DNA of 63,791 nt, the filler included, from Guillardia theta CCMP2712 (Eukaryota; Protista; Cryptophyta): assembly GCF_000315625.1 (NCBI RefSeq). It is 4 parts of 4 records of this genome, joined end to end, with 100 filler letters (N's around TTAATTAATTAA, not from the genome) between each part and the next. Parts side by side here need not be neighbours in the genome. Positions count along the whole stretch, not along the records: positions 1 to 21,554 come from NW_005434401.1; positions 21,655 to 47,950 come from NW_005434552.1; 2 more parts are not named here. The stretch is one strand, 5' to 3'. How positions within the stretch are numbered: position 1 is the stretch's first letter; each line of letters begins with the position of its first letter. Below are positions 12,298-27,500 of this stretch, in pieces. The notes under the pieces were generated by a model. It had not been told where the DNA came from. It did not search any database and saw only the letters and a list, made by a program, of their open reading frames with translations. A program made the position numbers and the translations under genes.

Positions 12298-15200
12298 AAC
12301 CCGTCTATCTGTCCCACCCTCTTCTCCCTCTTCTCCTTATCTTCCTTTCACTGCCTCTTAAGAACTACAAATCCGACCTGACATGACCGTGACGACCCAG
12401 AGAATGACAATGACGGCGACGGGGAGCGTGTAGGCCTGGAAGGAAGATAAAGGGGAGGAGGAGGTTGAGGAGGAGGAGGAGGAGGAGGAGGCAGAGGAGG
12501 AGGCAGAGGAGGAGGAGGAGGAGGTAGAGGAGGAGGTAGAGGAGGAGGAGGAGGAGGTAGAGGAGGAGGTAGAGGAGGAGAAGAAGGATGTAGAAGAGGA
12601 TCGGAAAGTTCAGTGTCAAGGAGGGATGACACAATTCCTACTTGAGGAGCGAGGGCGATGAATGAGGACAAGGAGCGACCCATGGCGTCGATCAAGCGGA
12701 GCCTGAAAAGAACTCAGGAGAATGAAGAAAAAAACGAGGGAGAGGGGAGGGGAGGGGAGGAGCGGAGAGGCGAGGCGAGGCGAGGCGAAGAGAGGAGAGG
12801 AGAGGAGAGGAGAGGAGAGGAGAGGAGAGGAGAGGAGAGGAGAGGCAAGGAGAGGAGAGGAGAGGAGAGGAGAGGAGAGGAGAGGGGAGGGGAGGAAACC
12901 TCGTGCAAGCTTCAACCAGGACGAACAGCCCTTCATGGTCTCAGCAGTAGGTTCAGTGAGCAAGTCAATATCACCGGCCAGGTACAAGAACGCGTCCCAC
13001 TCCATCCTCTGCCCAGCAACTGGTGAGGTCGAGCAGGGGATAGAGGACACTTGCCTGCATGATGGGGATGATGTTGACTGGGTAGACGAGGAGGAGGAGG
13101 AGGAGGCCTCCGCCGAAGGCGAACCAGGACGGGTCAAGACCTGACGGAGGAGTCAGAGGAGGAGAGAGGAAGAAGAGCGAACCTGGGATGGGAGAGAAGA
13201 ACATGGCGAGGATGACGGAGACAAGGATCAACGAGGAGGCCTGAAGGACAGCCTTGTCCTGTAGAAGGGACACGATGAGAAAGGGAGAGGAGGAGGGTGG
13301 AGACAGGAAGAGGGAGAGGGAAAGGGAGAGGGAGAGGGAGAGGGAGACTGGAGGAGGGGAGAAGTAGAAGCAGAGGAGGAGGTGGTGGTGGAGGGAGGGG
13401 GAGGATCTGGAGGGGGTTGGGGGAGGAAAAGGATGACGACTTGGAGGGGGAGGGGTTGGTGTGAGAGGTGGGAGAGGTCGGCTCCCACCTATCACCGTCG
13501 GTCTCTCTTGCTTTGTTGTGTCTACTCCCTCGCAAACCTTCGAATCAAAACACGATGAGTCCACGGCAGGCCTGATGTCATCATATGTGTTGTTCAACCT
13601 TTGTCTGCTTCCAGCAAATTTTGTCTATCAGGGTTTCAAGCTGCAAAATGTTTTCAGAACTTCTTCTTCATCCCAAGGAGCCGACAACAACCGAGTCGCT
13701 CTTCTGCGCAAGGATCGATTGCTCCACAGTATCCTCATGATCGCCTAGGAACACCTGAGAACAACTCAGCTGCACATGCTCCTGCACATTCTCGCTCCTC
13801 TGTCGACTACCTTGCAGGCTTGCACCATTGTCGGAGGGGGGAAGTCGTAGATACTGAACAAGTTGGAGCGTGTCATCGTGTTAGACCACAGCGTGTCAAG
13901 AACACCGGAAACTTTCCATCTTGCAGACTNNNNNNNNNNNNNNNNNNNNNNNNNNNNNNNNNNNNNNNNNNNNNNNNNNNNNNNNNNNNNNNNNNNNNNN
14001 NNNNNNNNNNNNNNNNNNNNNNNNNNNNNAAACAGTATCGAGCAGAACACCTGAAACAAGTCAGTTGACTGAGTTTGACAACAACAAGCAGACTGGAATC
14101 ACTCCACAAGGAAGAGAGAGAAGAGGGAGATGAAGAGTACGAGGATGAGGGGGAGGAGGAACTAGAGAACGAGTGAAGGGGGGGATAGACAGGAGGAGGG
14201 GAGGAAGGAACAACGAGGGGGAGGAAAGCACAACGAGATGGGTTAGAGGAAGGGACAGGGAGGGGGGCGAGCAAGACAGTCTGACGACCTTCTGAGTTGT
14301 AGATTGGTTTGAACATGAATCTCATTCCCACCACAAGGAACGGCAAAGTGACCAAACAGCCAATGCCAACCTGTCAGCTCTTTCAATCTTATTTCATCTT
14401 ACATGTAAAGTATCATCATCATCGTCTCCTCACATACACACGCAAGATCAAACGACGTTGAATGATGTCTTGAGGCAGGGGAGAGGAGAAAGGAGGTAAC
14501 GAGAGAATCAGCGGAGAAAGAGGAAGAGGAAGAGGAAGAGGAAGAGGAAGAGGAAGAGGAAGTCACAGGTGGTTGTGGTGGAGGAGGTGAAGGGGGAGGG
14601 GAACGGGGAGGGGGAGGGGGAGAGGGAAGGGGGATGAGGGAGGAGGGAGGAGGGAGGAGGGAGAGGAACGGAACAAAAACATTTGAGACTTCACATTAGC
14701 GATGAAGGTATTCACATTCACTCCTTCACGGGAGAAAGCTTGACCTAGACCATCGTCATCGTCTCCTCCTCCTCCTCCTCCTCCTCCTCCTCCTCCTCCT
14801 CCTCTCTCAATCGCTCGATCCCTTCCTTTCGTCTCTCTCCTCTATCCACTCCTCTTCGTCTTCTTCATCTTCGTCTTCATCTTCCTCTTTTGCTCACCGA
14901 TGATCACGTTTGGCGGGTTGCTCAACATAGTCATAGCACTACCTATGCCTGCAGATGAAGACACGTAAAATTGTGAACAAGATGTCAAGATGAAGATAAT
15001 GAGTCAAAAGAAGAATGATGTTTAGAAGAGTTAGCAGAGTGATGTAGGTGATGTAAAACTCGTCAGTCGAGGGAACACAACATCTTGTCCTTGGAACAGA
15101 CGTCGGTGATCAACGAATGGAACATAACATCTTCTGATGCCGGACAGTAGATGGCTCGTGAAACCTACCACTAAAAATGCTCTCCATGATGATGTAATCA

Positions 15201-18200
15201 GCAGGGTCAAGAGAAGAAATCTGTGAGAAGATGTTTTTGAGCGATCTGTCAGAAGCAAGGACAACATACTTGACACAAGCTCGTGGTAACTGGGACGATT
15301 AGAGAGACGACGGCAAGGTTAGGAAGGAACATGGAGAGAAATCCTTTGTGGTACATCAGAGTCAAGAAGTTGAGATGTTCCATGGATGCGATGGAGGGCA
15401 AACCTGTGCCGAGACAGAGCGCCAGGAGCAGTCTCCATCTGAGAAGATAATCACAACGAGATCAGAAATGTGAAGAAACAATCCATTGAGAAGAGATTGC
15501 AAAAGATAAGATCGAGAAGCGTTTGTGAGGATTGAGGAGAAAATTGCGAATGTGAGGGTTGAGGTAAGATTGCAATTGAAACACTCAGTTGTATCTCACG
15601 GGCTTCCATTTGTGTGCCTCGCAACTTCTACAGCGGCACTTTCAAGCACTCCTGCAGTTTGAAGTTTTCAAGAGATGGAAGAGGACAAGGAGGGGAGGAG
15701 TGAGGTTATAGAGGTAGAAGGTACAGGAGTGCGCGGAGAAGAAGGAAGAGGAAGAGTAGGAGTAGGAGGAGGAGGAGGAGGAGGAAGAGGAGGAGGGAGG
15801 GGGGGGAGGGGAGGAGGGAGGAGGAGAAGGAGGAGCAGGAGGAGGAGGAGGAAGAGGAGGAGGAAGAGGAGGAGGAAGAGGAGGAGGAAGAGGAGGAGAA
15901 GGAGGAGGACTCCATAAACCTACCTGTATCGGAGATGATATGCAGCATGAGCATCATACCGAAGAGAAGAGCGAGAGTCGTCTCGGAGATCCAGGAGGCT
16001 GCCTGTACTCACTTGTCATCCTGCTTCCCTTCCTGCCTACTCCTGGTCTCCTCCCTTGTCATTCTATCATGGCCTATCACCATCACGCTCCTCCTCTCCT
16101 CCTCTCCCCTCCTCTCATCTCGTCTCGTCTCGTCTCCTCTCCTCTCTCACTGTTTTCATGTGTGGCGCTTGTCGCAGCAAGGCCAAGAATGTCAAGCTGC
16201 AGATCGCACCGAGCAGAGTGCAGAGAGCGCGTTGACAAACCTGTTGAGCAACAGAAGTGAAAACACAGAGTGACAAGAGCACAAGTAAACAGATACAAGA
16301 TAACAGATACCAGATAACAGATACCAGATACCAGATACCAGATACAAAATGCAAATACAGTAGAGGATAGACGATTGGAGCAAGAGAGAAGAGAATCAAG
16401 GAAAGACTGGAGTTGTTCAAGGTATGATGCAGAAAATGGACAGTATGAGGTTAGAAGGATGACGATAGTAAGAACAAAGAAGATAGACAGTACAAGGTTC
16501 AAGGAAGAGGATGGGAAGTTTGGTACATGTTGTCATATTCTCTCTCACCTCTGATAAAATGGCAGAATAAACCAGCACAAGGATGATAGCAGCGATCATC
16601 GCCCGGTGTCTTCCTAGCAACCCACCGAACTTGCAGGATGTCTCAGTTGACACAACATCATCAACCTTCCAGCTCACCTCCATGACGTCAAACATGACAG
16701 CAGTTTCTTCTGTGTGCCATACGAGAATGTATCACGGTAAACACAAGAAATCTTGTTCCTCACTTGTAACGTTCACTCTTAACTCCATCCTGAAGAAAGT
16801 ATTCGAAAGCAACACAGCTGCAAACTCGTTCAACACACATTACACATCTTCCTCGTCCACTGTATGCGAGAAACAATTACTTTGGTTCATATCTTCAATC
16901 AGTTGAGCGTCGAAAGTGTAAACGTCTTCAAGATAATCTCTGCAACGCAAGTCAGCACCAACATGTACCATGAGCAATGAGTGCCTTTCACACGCAAACG
17001 GCACCGTCCTCGTAAAAACCAACTCTGACCCTTGAAAGATTCTCAACTCGACGCCGCTGGCCCACATTGTCACAAACTCGTCTTCCCGAGTCACGGTAGC
17101 TGTTTCCAGCCAGCAAACCTCTCATTGACAGCTTGGTTTCCATCGCAGAGGCTCGTTGTTGGCACCTCCCATGACATCAGCACCAGCAGCACAAGATCGG
17201 AAATCTTCGGACGAGGACACAAAGAAATGAATGAATGAATGAAGGAAACAGAGAAAGAAAGGAAGAAAGCAGAGAAAGGCTCCTACCATCGTTTTGATGT
17301 CAAAGACCTCGTTCCCGATAGCTGCAAGCAAACATCACAACCAGTTCAAGCAGAAGAGGCAGCAGTTCACTTGTATTGTATACAACAACAGCTCCATGGG
17401 GCCTAATCGTCACCGGCCAGCCTGAAATCTCCTGGACATGCCATGACAAACAGACATCACTATGGTGTTGAACCCACCTCTCCGAACGATTGCATGAACA
17501 TGTACGGCATGCCATCGCGAGGATACGCGTAGTCCCTTGGCACAGTGACTGCAGCGACATCAGAACTTTCTCACCCGCTCAAGCAAACATTTCTTCACCC
17601 ATGATTGTGAACCCTGCGATTATGATTAAGAAAGGTACGAGCTTCTGTATCAGCCGCCCTGCACGAACATGTCAGTCCCTCTGGCTCTCCCAGCGCAGGC
17701 AAGTCTGACATCGGAAGTTCGGGTGAGGTATGCGCATCTCATGAAACATGTTCTCATCCTGTTGGAGAGGGATCTTGAGCAGACATGCTAAGAAACTCCA
17801 ACCTTGCGCACCTCCACTGCAATCTCCTCGTTGTCACAACCAAACTCCAGGAGAGGAGTGTTTCTCGGCATGTTTCTGAACATTGCTTTCACCATGTGAT
17901 CATCCGACAAACTCTCAACTTACCAGAGGAATGCTATGATAGGGCAGAAACAAGGTCCAGGGAGGATCGATATCCACTGTTCCTTCCAGCCTTCCGATCG
18001 TACAAGTTCTGTCGTCTTCTACCTGCACTTCTCGTTGCAATGAAGTCAGAACTCACGCAGACAACTCTGTTCACTCGTTGACAACTTCTGTGGGTCTCAC
18101 TTTCCGTTCAACACACTTATTGTTGAATGTAATTACTCTAGAAAATTGCACCTTCTCCTCTACAGCTCCTCATCCTCTGCTACTCCCTCCGACAACCCCT

Positions 18201-18500
18201 TCACCCTTCCTCCCTGCCCTCTTGTCCTCCTATTATCGTCTTCGTCTCCTCCTCCTCTGCCTATATCATCCTGCGCTCTAAACCCCGCCCTCCTCAATCT
18301 CTTGCTTCTGTATTGAAGATGATTGAGTTCACTCGTTCTTCTGGTCCGTCCCTTCTCGAGTCCAATGCTTTCTTCTTGGCTCTTCGTCGACGCTCCTCCA
18401 TCCAAGTTTGATGCAAGATGTCTGATCTTGATAGCATGAGTTGCTCACCTCAGCTCCTGTTCTGCCAACTTCGATACATCTAGAACGCATCCCTGTACTC
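10499..18500 (-). CDS. P-protein/OCA2-like ArsB/NhaD/CitMHS-superfamily permease; many exons, 5' end approximate
   Basis: Exons WISETTLALLFGMMLMLHIISDTG, GVLESAAVEVAR, GIGSAMTMLSNPPNVIIG, MEWDAFLYLAG-LFVLVEAC, AFLDTIPL, PLAWALAFAASLG, NATIVGSANNVVA, SEKAGHPI, IGIPCVLI and GVITCYMLVRYVEWTG* follow the P-protein motif order. Confidence 0.8.
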
Positions 18501-19086
18501 CTCTTTCCCTCTACTGGTCTTGTTGCAATGTTATCTCTGGTTTTCTTTGGCTGATCAACTCCATGGACTCTACACAACTTCTCAGTCCTCCTCGTCCTCG
18601 TCCCCTCTTTCATCCTCTTCCTCTCCCTCCTCTTCGCGCACATTTCGCGAGCTACAATTCGGTAGTAAGCTGCATGACCAGTGAAGAGGGGTTCGGGATG
18701 TCTGGGTAGGGTAGTAATGGACAAGTGGGGTAGGGGGTATACATCAAATTTCGAAGTTCCATAGATATCAGTGTTTATCTATTATGATTATTATAAAATA
18801 TGCTCTCATTGAACCATGTCAAAGGAATGTAGGGTATGCGAAATGGGGTAGTAATTTGATAGTGGGTAGGGGTTATCCCTCCTTCAGTCGTAACCTCAGG
18901 GGTGTAGCAGTACCCCACACATTTTATTACTACCCCACTCAATCCCAATGTACTAGAGCGAAGTGACCCCGTACTTTATCACCCTTGAAACCCTGTACCC
19001 GTCCTTTCAGCTCCGCCCTAGCAAAGTCTCGAACTTTGCCTAGAGGATTCTTCTTTCGCTCCCCCACTCTCCCACCACCACCACCA

Positions 19087-19125
<39 letters not shown>

Positions 19126-19265
19126 TGTCCTTGTCCTCCTGGTCCTGGTCCTCCTCGTCCCCGTCCTCCTCGTCCTCCACCTCTACTTCTCCTCCACCTC
19201 TCCTCCTCCTCCTCCTCCTCCTCCTCCTCTCCTGCTCCTCTTCCTCTACATGATCATGCTTCGAG

Positions 19266-20787
19266 TTAAACCTGAAGAGCCTGCACAGCATGAAGCTGAA
19301 ATCTTTGCCGCAAGTCTTGGCACTCTCTGTTGTTGCAAGTAGCGCGTCCCAGAAGAATAGAAGCAGATGTGTTGATAGCTGTATTATTCACTTGTCTTTC
19401 TTGCTCTCGTTCGCAAACAGGTCCGTGTAATCTTCTACAGACTGCCATTGCAACATTGTTCCCGAGGGCAAACTTCTGCTCTCCGACTCTGTCATGAACT
19501 TGATCTTGTTCTTCTTCGGACGTTCTCCGTCCCCCCGCCGTCAGCCTCATAGATCTGGAACAGGAAGGGGGTCATGTGATGACGCTTCTCTGTACCCCTC
19601 TGTTGAGCAAGGAGCATCAACTCAGCGCCGACAGCACGTGGACGCGCATCATTACCTGCATCAGCAACAGCACCAGCTGCTGCATCGGATCGTAGGTCTG
19701 CAGCATCCTCGAGAGTCGCTTGTACTGCAGACGGAGAGCGGCCCTCTGTGCATGCAAGTCAGCACATGGCGACCAATATGTTCTCACAGACCAGGTTGAT
19801 GTAAGAGATCGGAGCGCCATGGGTCGCCTCCAGCGCCTTGTCTTGTGGTATCGACCGTGAGCATGGCATGATGGAGGGGAGTCGATCTCACCTGACAAGT
19901 GGACTAGCACGCAGCCTTTTCCGCTGCACTTGTAGCATTCATACGCCCAGTGATGAACTGAACATCAAAGTGTCACGTTCTCCCCACTCGCCGCAGTGAC
20001 CAGCACTCACTCGCGTACCCAAACTTCTTCATGTAAGCACTGCAAAACGTCTTTGCCGTAAGGTTGGCAGCATCCGCCTCGATCTGTACGGTTGAAATTT
20101 AGCAAAAGTGATCAGAGCACTGAGAGAAGGTTGTGAGTGAGTGAGTGAGTGAGTGAGTGAGTGAGTGAGGGAGTGAGGGAGGGAGGGAGAGCCGTTGGCA
20201 CCTGCATCGACACCTTCTCAAAAACCGCTTGCACGTTAAGATTCTCCATAGAGTGCGGGTCTGGAATAAGATCTATCCAAGATGTGCAATGAGCACAAGA
20301 ACGATCAAGTGAAGTGGATGTCAATACCAGCCAGCTGATCTTGCCAACTCCTTGACAACTGATCGCGTTCAGTCTGCACCTGTCGCTCGAGTTCCTTTCC
20401 AGACGGAGATCAGGTCATCGCGTGATTCATGCAACATTTTACCTCCTTTCTCCGCTTGAACAGCATGGCAACGCTGTGGTGGTTGTTCTCTTTCCAATCG
20501 CGTTTCATACACGTCTTCGAGCAGTAGAACATGTCAGATACAATCTTGCTGGGGATTCTTTCGCTGATTTCATCTCCCTTCAGTGTCTTCCCACACTTGG
20601 GGAAGGTGCAGATGAGATCGAGAGATTGATTCTGGAATTCTGAATCTTTCTGCAACTCGGAGACGTCGGATTTCCACTTTATCCATGTCAAAACAAACGA
20701 CATGCTTATCAGCCCAAGAACCCACAGCACGATGGGAGGGAAGAATTCAAGAATGTTCCCGAAGACAACGAAAGCATCATCATACAT
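19266..20787 (-). CDS. Hypothetical protein with N-terminal TM segment and degenerate MYND-like zinc finger; downstream exons uncertain
   Basis: ORF 20410-20787 contains hydrophobic IVLWVLGLISMSFVLTW followed by CTFPKC...FYCSKTCMKRDWK..HH. Further Cys/His-rich fragments lie downstream. Confidence 0.4.
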
Positions 20788-21598
20788 GATGTTGTTATGT
20801 TAAGTTGCTTTCTACCCTCACACCCAACTTCAACCTGAGTTATCCAATTAGCTGTACAGGTCACAGCTGTACAAACTTGAACAGAGCAACGGCGAACGAA
20901 CAGCCAACAAAGCCAGCAGTTCCCAAGTCCTCGATCTCGTTCAGATCAAAGTCATCTCATCCCCGGAGAATCACTCAGATCCTCCAACGCCCTCCCGCCG
21001 ACCTCCACCCTCCTCCCTGGGTTCCTTCTTCCACTGCAGAGTTCCCAAGGGAAATTCCTTGCCTGCTCAAGACGATGATTCGATGGCAGCAGCAAGAGAC
21101 TAGAAACAGCTCGCTGTCCTCTGCTCCAGCTCGCTCTCGCTCCGATCAGTTTGCCCGGCAGCCATGGCGCTTCCTCCCTCCCATCGCCTTATTGCCCCTT
21201 TGTGCCTTGCGACATATATGCCACGTCCCCGCTCAGACAGTTGTACCCTCATACCCACCATACCCACTATCCTTTTTTGCTGTTTTTTTACTTTTCACAT
21301 TGAAAAAAACTCTCATTGAAAAACTCAAAGCACATGTGTAAGCTTCCGAATCACACATCCGTCGCAAGCCTTCAAGCACACATGCATGTTGGGCTTCTGA
21401 TTCACCTGTGTCATTGTCGCTCTCAACTGCTTCTCATCCAATGGTCCACATCAGCAGATGGTTTGCATCGATGCCAGCATCAGGGAAGGGGTAAAGGACA
21501 AGGAGGCAGCAAAATAAAATATTTTTCATTTTGTACTGTTATTATTTTTTTTACNNNNNNNNNNNNNNNNNNNNNNNNNNNNNNNNNNNNNNNNNNNN

Positions 21599-21610
21599 TT
21601 AATTAATTAA
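21599..21610. other. Artificial contig-joining linker TTAATTAATTAA within N runs
   Basis: Palindromic all-frame-stop 12-mer flanked by Ns; identical copies at 47995 and 59735. Confidence 0.9.
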
Positions 21611-21889
21611 NNNNNNNNNNNNNNNNNNNNNNNNNNNNNNNNNNNNNNNNNNNNGATGGGACAGGAGGAACAGGAGGGGCAGGAGGAAAAGAAGAAGGAG
21701 AAGAACGAGGAGGAGGAGGAGGAGGAGGAGGAGGAGGAGCAGGAGGAGCAGGAGGAGGAGGAGCAGGAGCAGGAGCAGGAGGAGCACGATGAGCAGGAGC
21801 AGCAGGAGCAGCAGGAGCAGGAGCAGCAGGAGCAGCAGGAGGAGGTCGAGGAGCAGGATCAGGATCAAGGGGAATGGAGCTCTTGTTCT

Positions 21890-24151
21890 TCACCTGATAT
21901 TTGGTCCTGAGAGTTTCAAAGACTCCTGCAAGGTCATCCAACGACATGGAACGAGAGGAAGTTGCCATGGAGTAAGTCCTGACGAGAAGAATCAAGAGGT
22001 TGAACCAACAAACATGAGGTGAATGAGATGAGATGAGATGAGATGAGATGAGATGAGATGAGATGAGATGAAATGAGATGAGATGAGATGAGATGAGATG
22101 AGATGGGATGAGATGGGATGGGATGAGATGAGATGTCATGTGAGTTGTAAGACGTTCACTCGAAGGAATGTCTGTCACGAACAAAAAGCAACGGCAAACG
22201 AAAATAACACAATAGAGATCGAAGAGACATCAACAGATCATCGCGATACATCCCATGCACAAATCATCTCTTGTCTTGACATGGAACGATGGTAGACCTG
22301 TCGATCATTGCGATGACTTCTTCAAGACGAGTCAGGTGATACTCCTGCTCCTTCAACCTGTTCTCAACAACTTCCTTCTCATGCTCTAAAGTTATCATGT
22401 TGTCCTTCTCTGTGTTAAGAATCCTTTGTGTTCTAAAGATGTCATTCTGCCATGAGAGTGAGAATTGGAGTAGATGTACACCATGACAGACCTCTGCGCC
22501 CTCGACCAGCACTGCGATGTTGTGAACAAGAGGGAGAGTGAAAGCTTCGTCTGCATCGACATCTTCAAATGCTCCTATTTGTCCTCCAGTCACCTAATAG
22601 CAAACCAACAAGTCAGAAAGACAAGCAGAGGAACTGAATCAAAAGGAAAAATAAGAGCAATGCCATCATGACATTGTACACGACAACAATGGTTCGACAT
22701 AGAGAGAAAGTATCACATCACATCACATCACATCACATCACATCTCATCTCATCTCATCTCATCTCATCTCATCACATCACACCACATCACATCACATCA
22801 CATCACGTATCGTACCAGCTTGGCCTGTTTTCCTCGCATGTCCACAATCGCAACATGCTTCGGCTCCCCGCCCCCAAGGCTCCCAGCCCCCAGCTCCTCC
22901 GCCTCCTCCTGGATCTCTTCTGCTGTCTTGTAAACTTTCTTCTTCTTCTTAGGCTTCACGTCCCCTACGTCTATCTTCCAGTTGTACTCCCTCTTGATCT
23001 TCTTCTTCTTCTTCTTCCCCTCCTCCTCCTCCTCCTTCTCCTTCTTCAGCTCCTGTTTGTGCTCCGGCCGCACTCCTAGACCCTCCAGCTTCACGCGTTT
23101 CTTGGCCTCAATGGCCTTGGAAATACCCGACCCGTCCTTGCCCAACCCTCCTCCCTTGTACCTGAGACAGGCTAAGATGCCCTGAACCAGAAGCAAGACA
23201 AAGAAGGGAGGAACGAGGAGAAAGAGGAAGCGAAAGAGCATGGGGAAAAGACGGTGATGGTGATGGTGATTGTGATGGCGATTGTGATTGTGATTGTGAT
23301 TGTGATTGTGATGGTGATGGTGATGGTGATGGTGATGGCGATGGTGATGGTGATGGTGATGGTGATGGCGATGGTGATGGTGATGGTGATGGTGATTGTG
23401 ATTGTGATTGTGATTGTGATGGTGAGGGTGAGGGTGATGGTGATGGTGATGGTATTGGTAGCAAGGAGTACCCCATCTTCTGCAGCATCTTGAACGCTTT
23501 TCCTCCCGCATCCATGGACTTGAGGCGATGGAGAGATTCATAGTCAACGTCCTTGCTCGCCGGCTTCTTCTCCTCCTTCTCCTTCTGCGCTCCGAAAGAG
23601 GTAGGTAGCTCTGCCTCCCGCTGCGGCACCCGCTCCTCCTCCTCCTCCTCCTCCTCCTTCCGCTTGCCAAACCTTCTCCTCGCTCCCAGACCCACATGCT
23701 GATCCTCGTCGCCCTCGTCGCTCTCATACGATCCTCCGCTGCCCTCCTGCCGGAGCAAGCGACCTCAGCATACAGAAGGAGAGAGGAGAAGAGCAGCAGA
23801 TGGCAAGCAAGAACACTGGACCTCTCTCCTCACCTCGTCGCTCTTCTCCTCCTTGTTCAGCTCGCTTCCCTTCAGCCCTCCGCTCACGAAGCCCATCGGG
23901 GCCGAGTAGCTCTTCTTGAACGCTCCCCCATCGTCCTCGTCGCTGTCTTCATGGAACACGCCATAGATCGCTGAGTTCTTGCTCTGCCTCTTTCCCTTCT
24001 TCTGCCCCAGCGCGTAGAACTCGCCATCTTCACCAAACTCTCCTGCATCGCACCTCTCGTCAGCGCAGCTCTTCGCCTCCCCGCCAGTCTCACCGCCCTC
24101 ATAGTCGTTCTCCGTGGAGAACCGCATGGCGGGAGCATCGTATCCGTCCAT
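21890..24151 (-). CDS. TFIP11: Tuftelin-interacting protein 11 / Ntr1-Spp382 (TIP_N + G-patch); 3' part missing at the contig break
   Basis: MDGYDAPAMRFSTENDYEGGEF...KRQSKNSAIYGVF..DSD...YSAPMGFVSGG (TIP_N). G-patch GKAFKMLQKMGYKGGGLGKDGSGISKAIEAKKR..GLG. Also IVDMRGKQ and PLVHNIAVLV. Confidence 0.88.
22024..22135. repeat. (GAGAT)n intronic microsatellite
   Basis: Read directly from the sequence. Confidence 0.9.
23253..23455. repeat. (GATGGT/GATTGT)n intronic hexamer microsatellite
   Basis: Read directly; lies in the intron that splits the G-patch. Confidence 0.9.
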
Positions 24152-25299
24152 GGTCCCTGCGGGGAAAACTCAGCCTTCACCAGCAAGATGGGTGGAGGAC
24201 GAAGGGAAAGAGAGGGGAGGAGGCAGAGGAGATGCGAGTAAGGATGCGACATGCGCAACATTGCACGAACATGATGATACCAGCTGTCTTCGCTTGTCAC
24301 TCCCTCCCTCCCTCCCTCCCGCCTCCCTCCCTCCATCGATCGATCGATCCATTTTCTACAGATCCTTCCATTGCTCGTCTCCTCTTCGCTTCGCTTCCTT
24401 CAGTTCAAATGTACTCTCTCCTCTCCCTCCTACCTCTCCTCTCCTCTCCTCTCCTCTCCTCCTCTCTCAACCTCCTCCCCTCCCCTCCCCTCCCCTCCCC
24501 TCCCTCCCATGTGCCGCTGTATATGACGGCTGGGTAAATAAGAAAATCAGGACAGCGTGCGGAATGGCCGGAGAAGTGAGTCGNNNNNNNNNNNNNNNNN
24601 NNNNNNNNNNNNNNNNNNNNNNNNNNNNNNNNNNNNNNNNNNNNNNNNNNNNNNNNNNNNNNNNNNNNNNNNNNNNNNNNNNNGAGAGAGAGGAGGAGGG
24701 AGGGAGGAGGAGATAGAAGGAAGAAGACGAAGGAGGAGGAGGGAGGGGAGGGCGGGGGGAGGGATTCCTCAAAAGTGCATTTAGGGAGATAGAGGATGGA
24801 CGATGAATGAATGAGAGAACAGGAGGGCAGGTGCAGGAGATGAAAAAAGAGGAGAGGAGGGAAACAAGGAGTATTCAGCTATGTTGTTACAAACCCTTCG
24901 CTCTTGACCTCTTTGAAACTTTGAAATCTTAAATTGTCTGATTCCTGTTGCTAGGATGTTTCTACAACAGAGCAGAAAGCAGGAGACGAAGTTGAAATCG
25001 AAACGGTCTTACCCTCCCTCTTCCTACCCTACCTCTCCCTCCCTCCCTCCCTCCCTCCCTCCCTCTCTCCTTCCCTCCCTCCCTCTCTCCCTCCCTCCCT
25101 CTCTCCTTCCCTCCCTCCCTCCCTCCCTCCCTCCCCCTTCATCCATGCTCCCATTCCTCTCTTCTTGTCTTCCTCCTCGTCCGCCTGCTGCTTCTGTTCT
25201 CCTTTGTCCACTATCCCTCGATGCCTCCTCCACCACATCACCTCCTCCTTCTGCTCCTCCTCCTCCACATCATCTCCTCCTCAACCTCTCCTTCTTCGT

Positions 25300-27500
<2,201 letters not shown>

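Noticed and set aside
596-13600. Numerous ORFs made of poly-E/R/S/P/L/H
   Set aside because: They are translations of intronic GAG/CTC/GAT microsatellites and not genes.
350-24151. Two spliceosomal genes (TAT-SF1, TFIP11) as a functional cluster
   Set aside because: They are separated by unrelated genes and an artificial contig join, so the pairing is likely chance.
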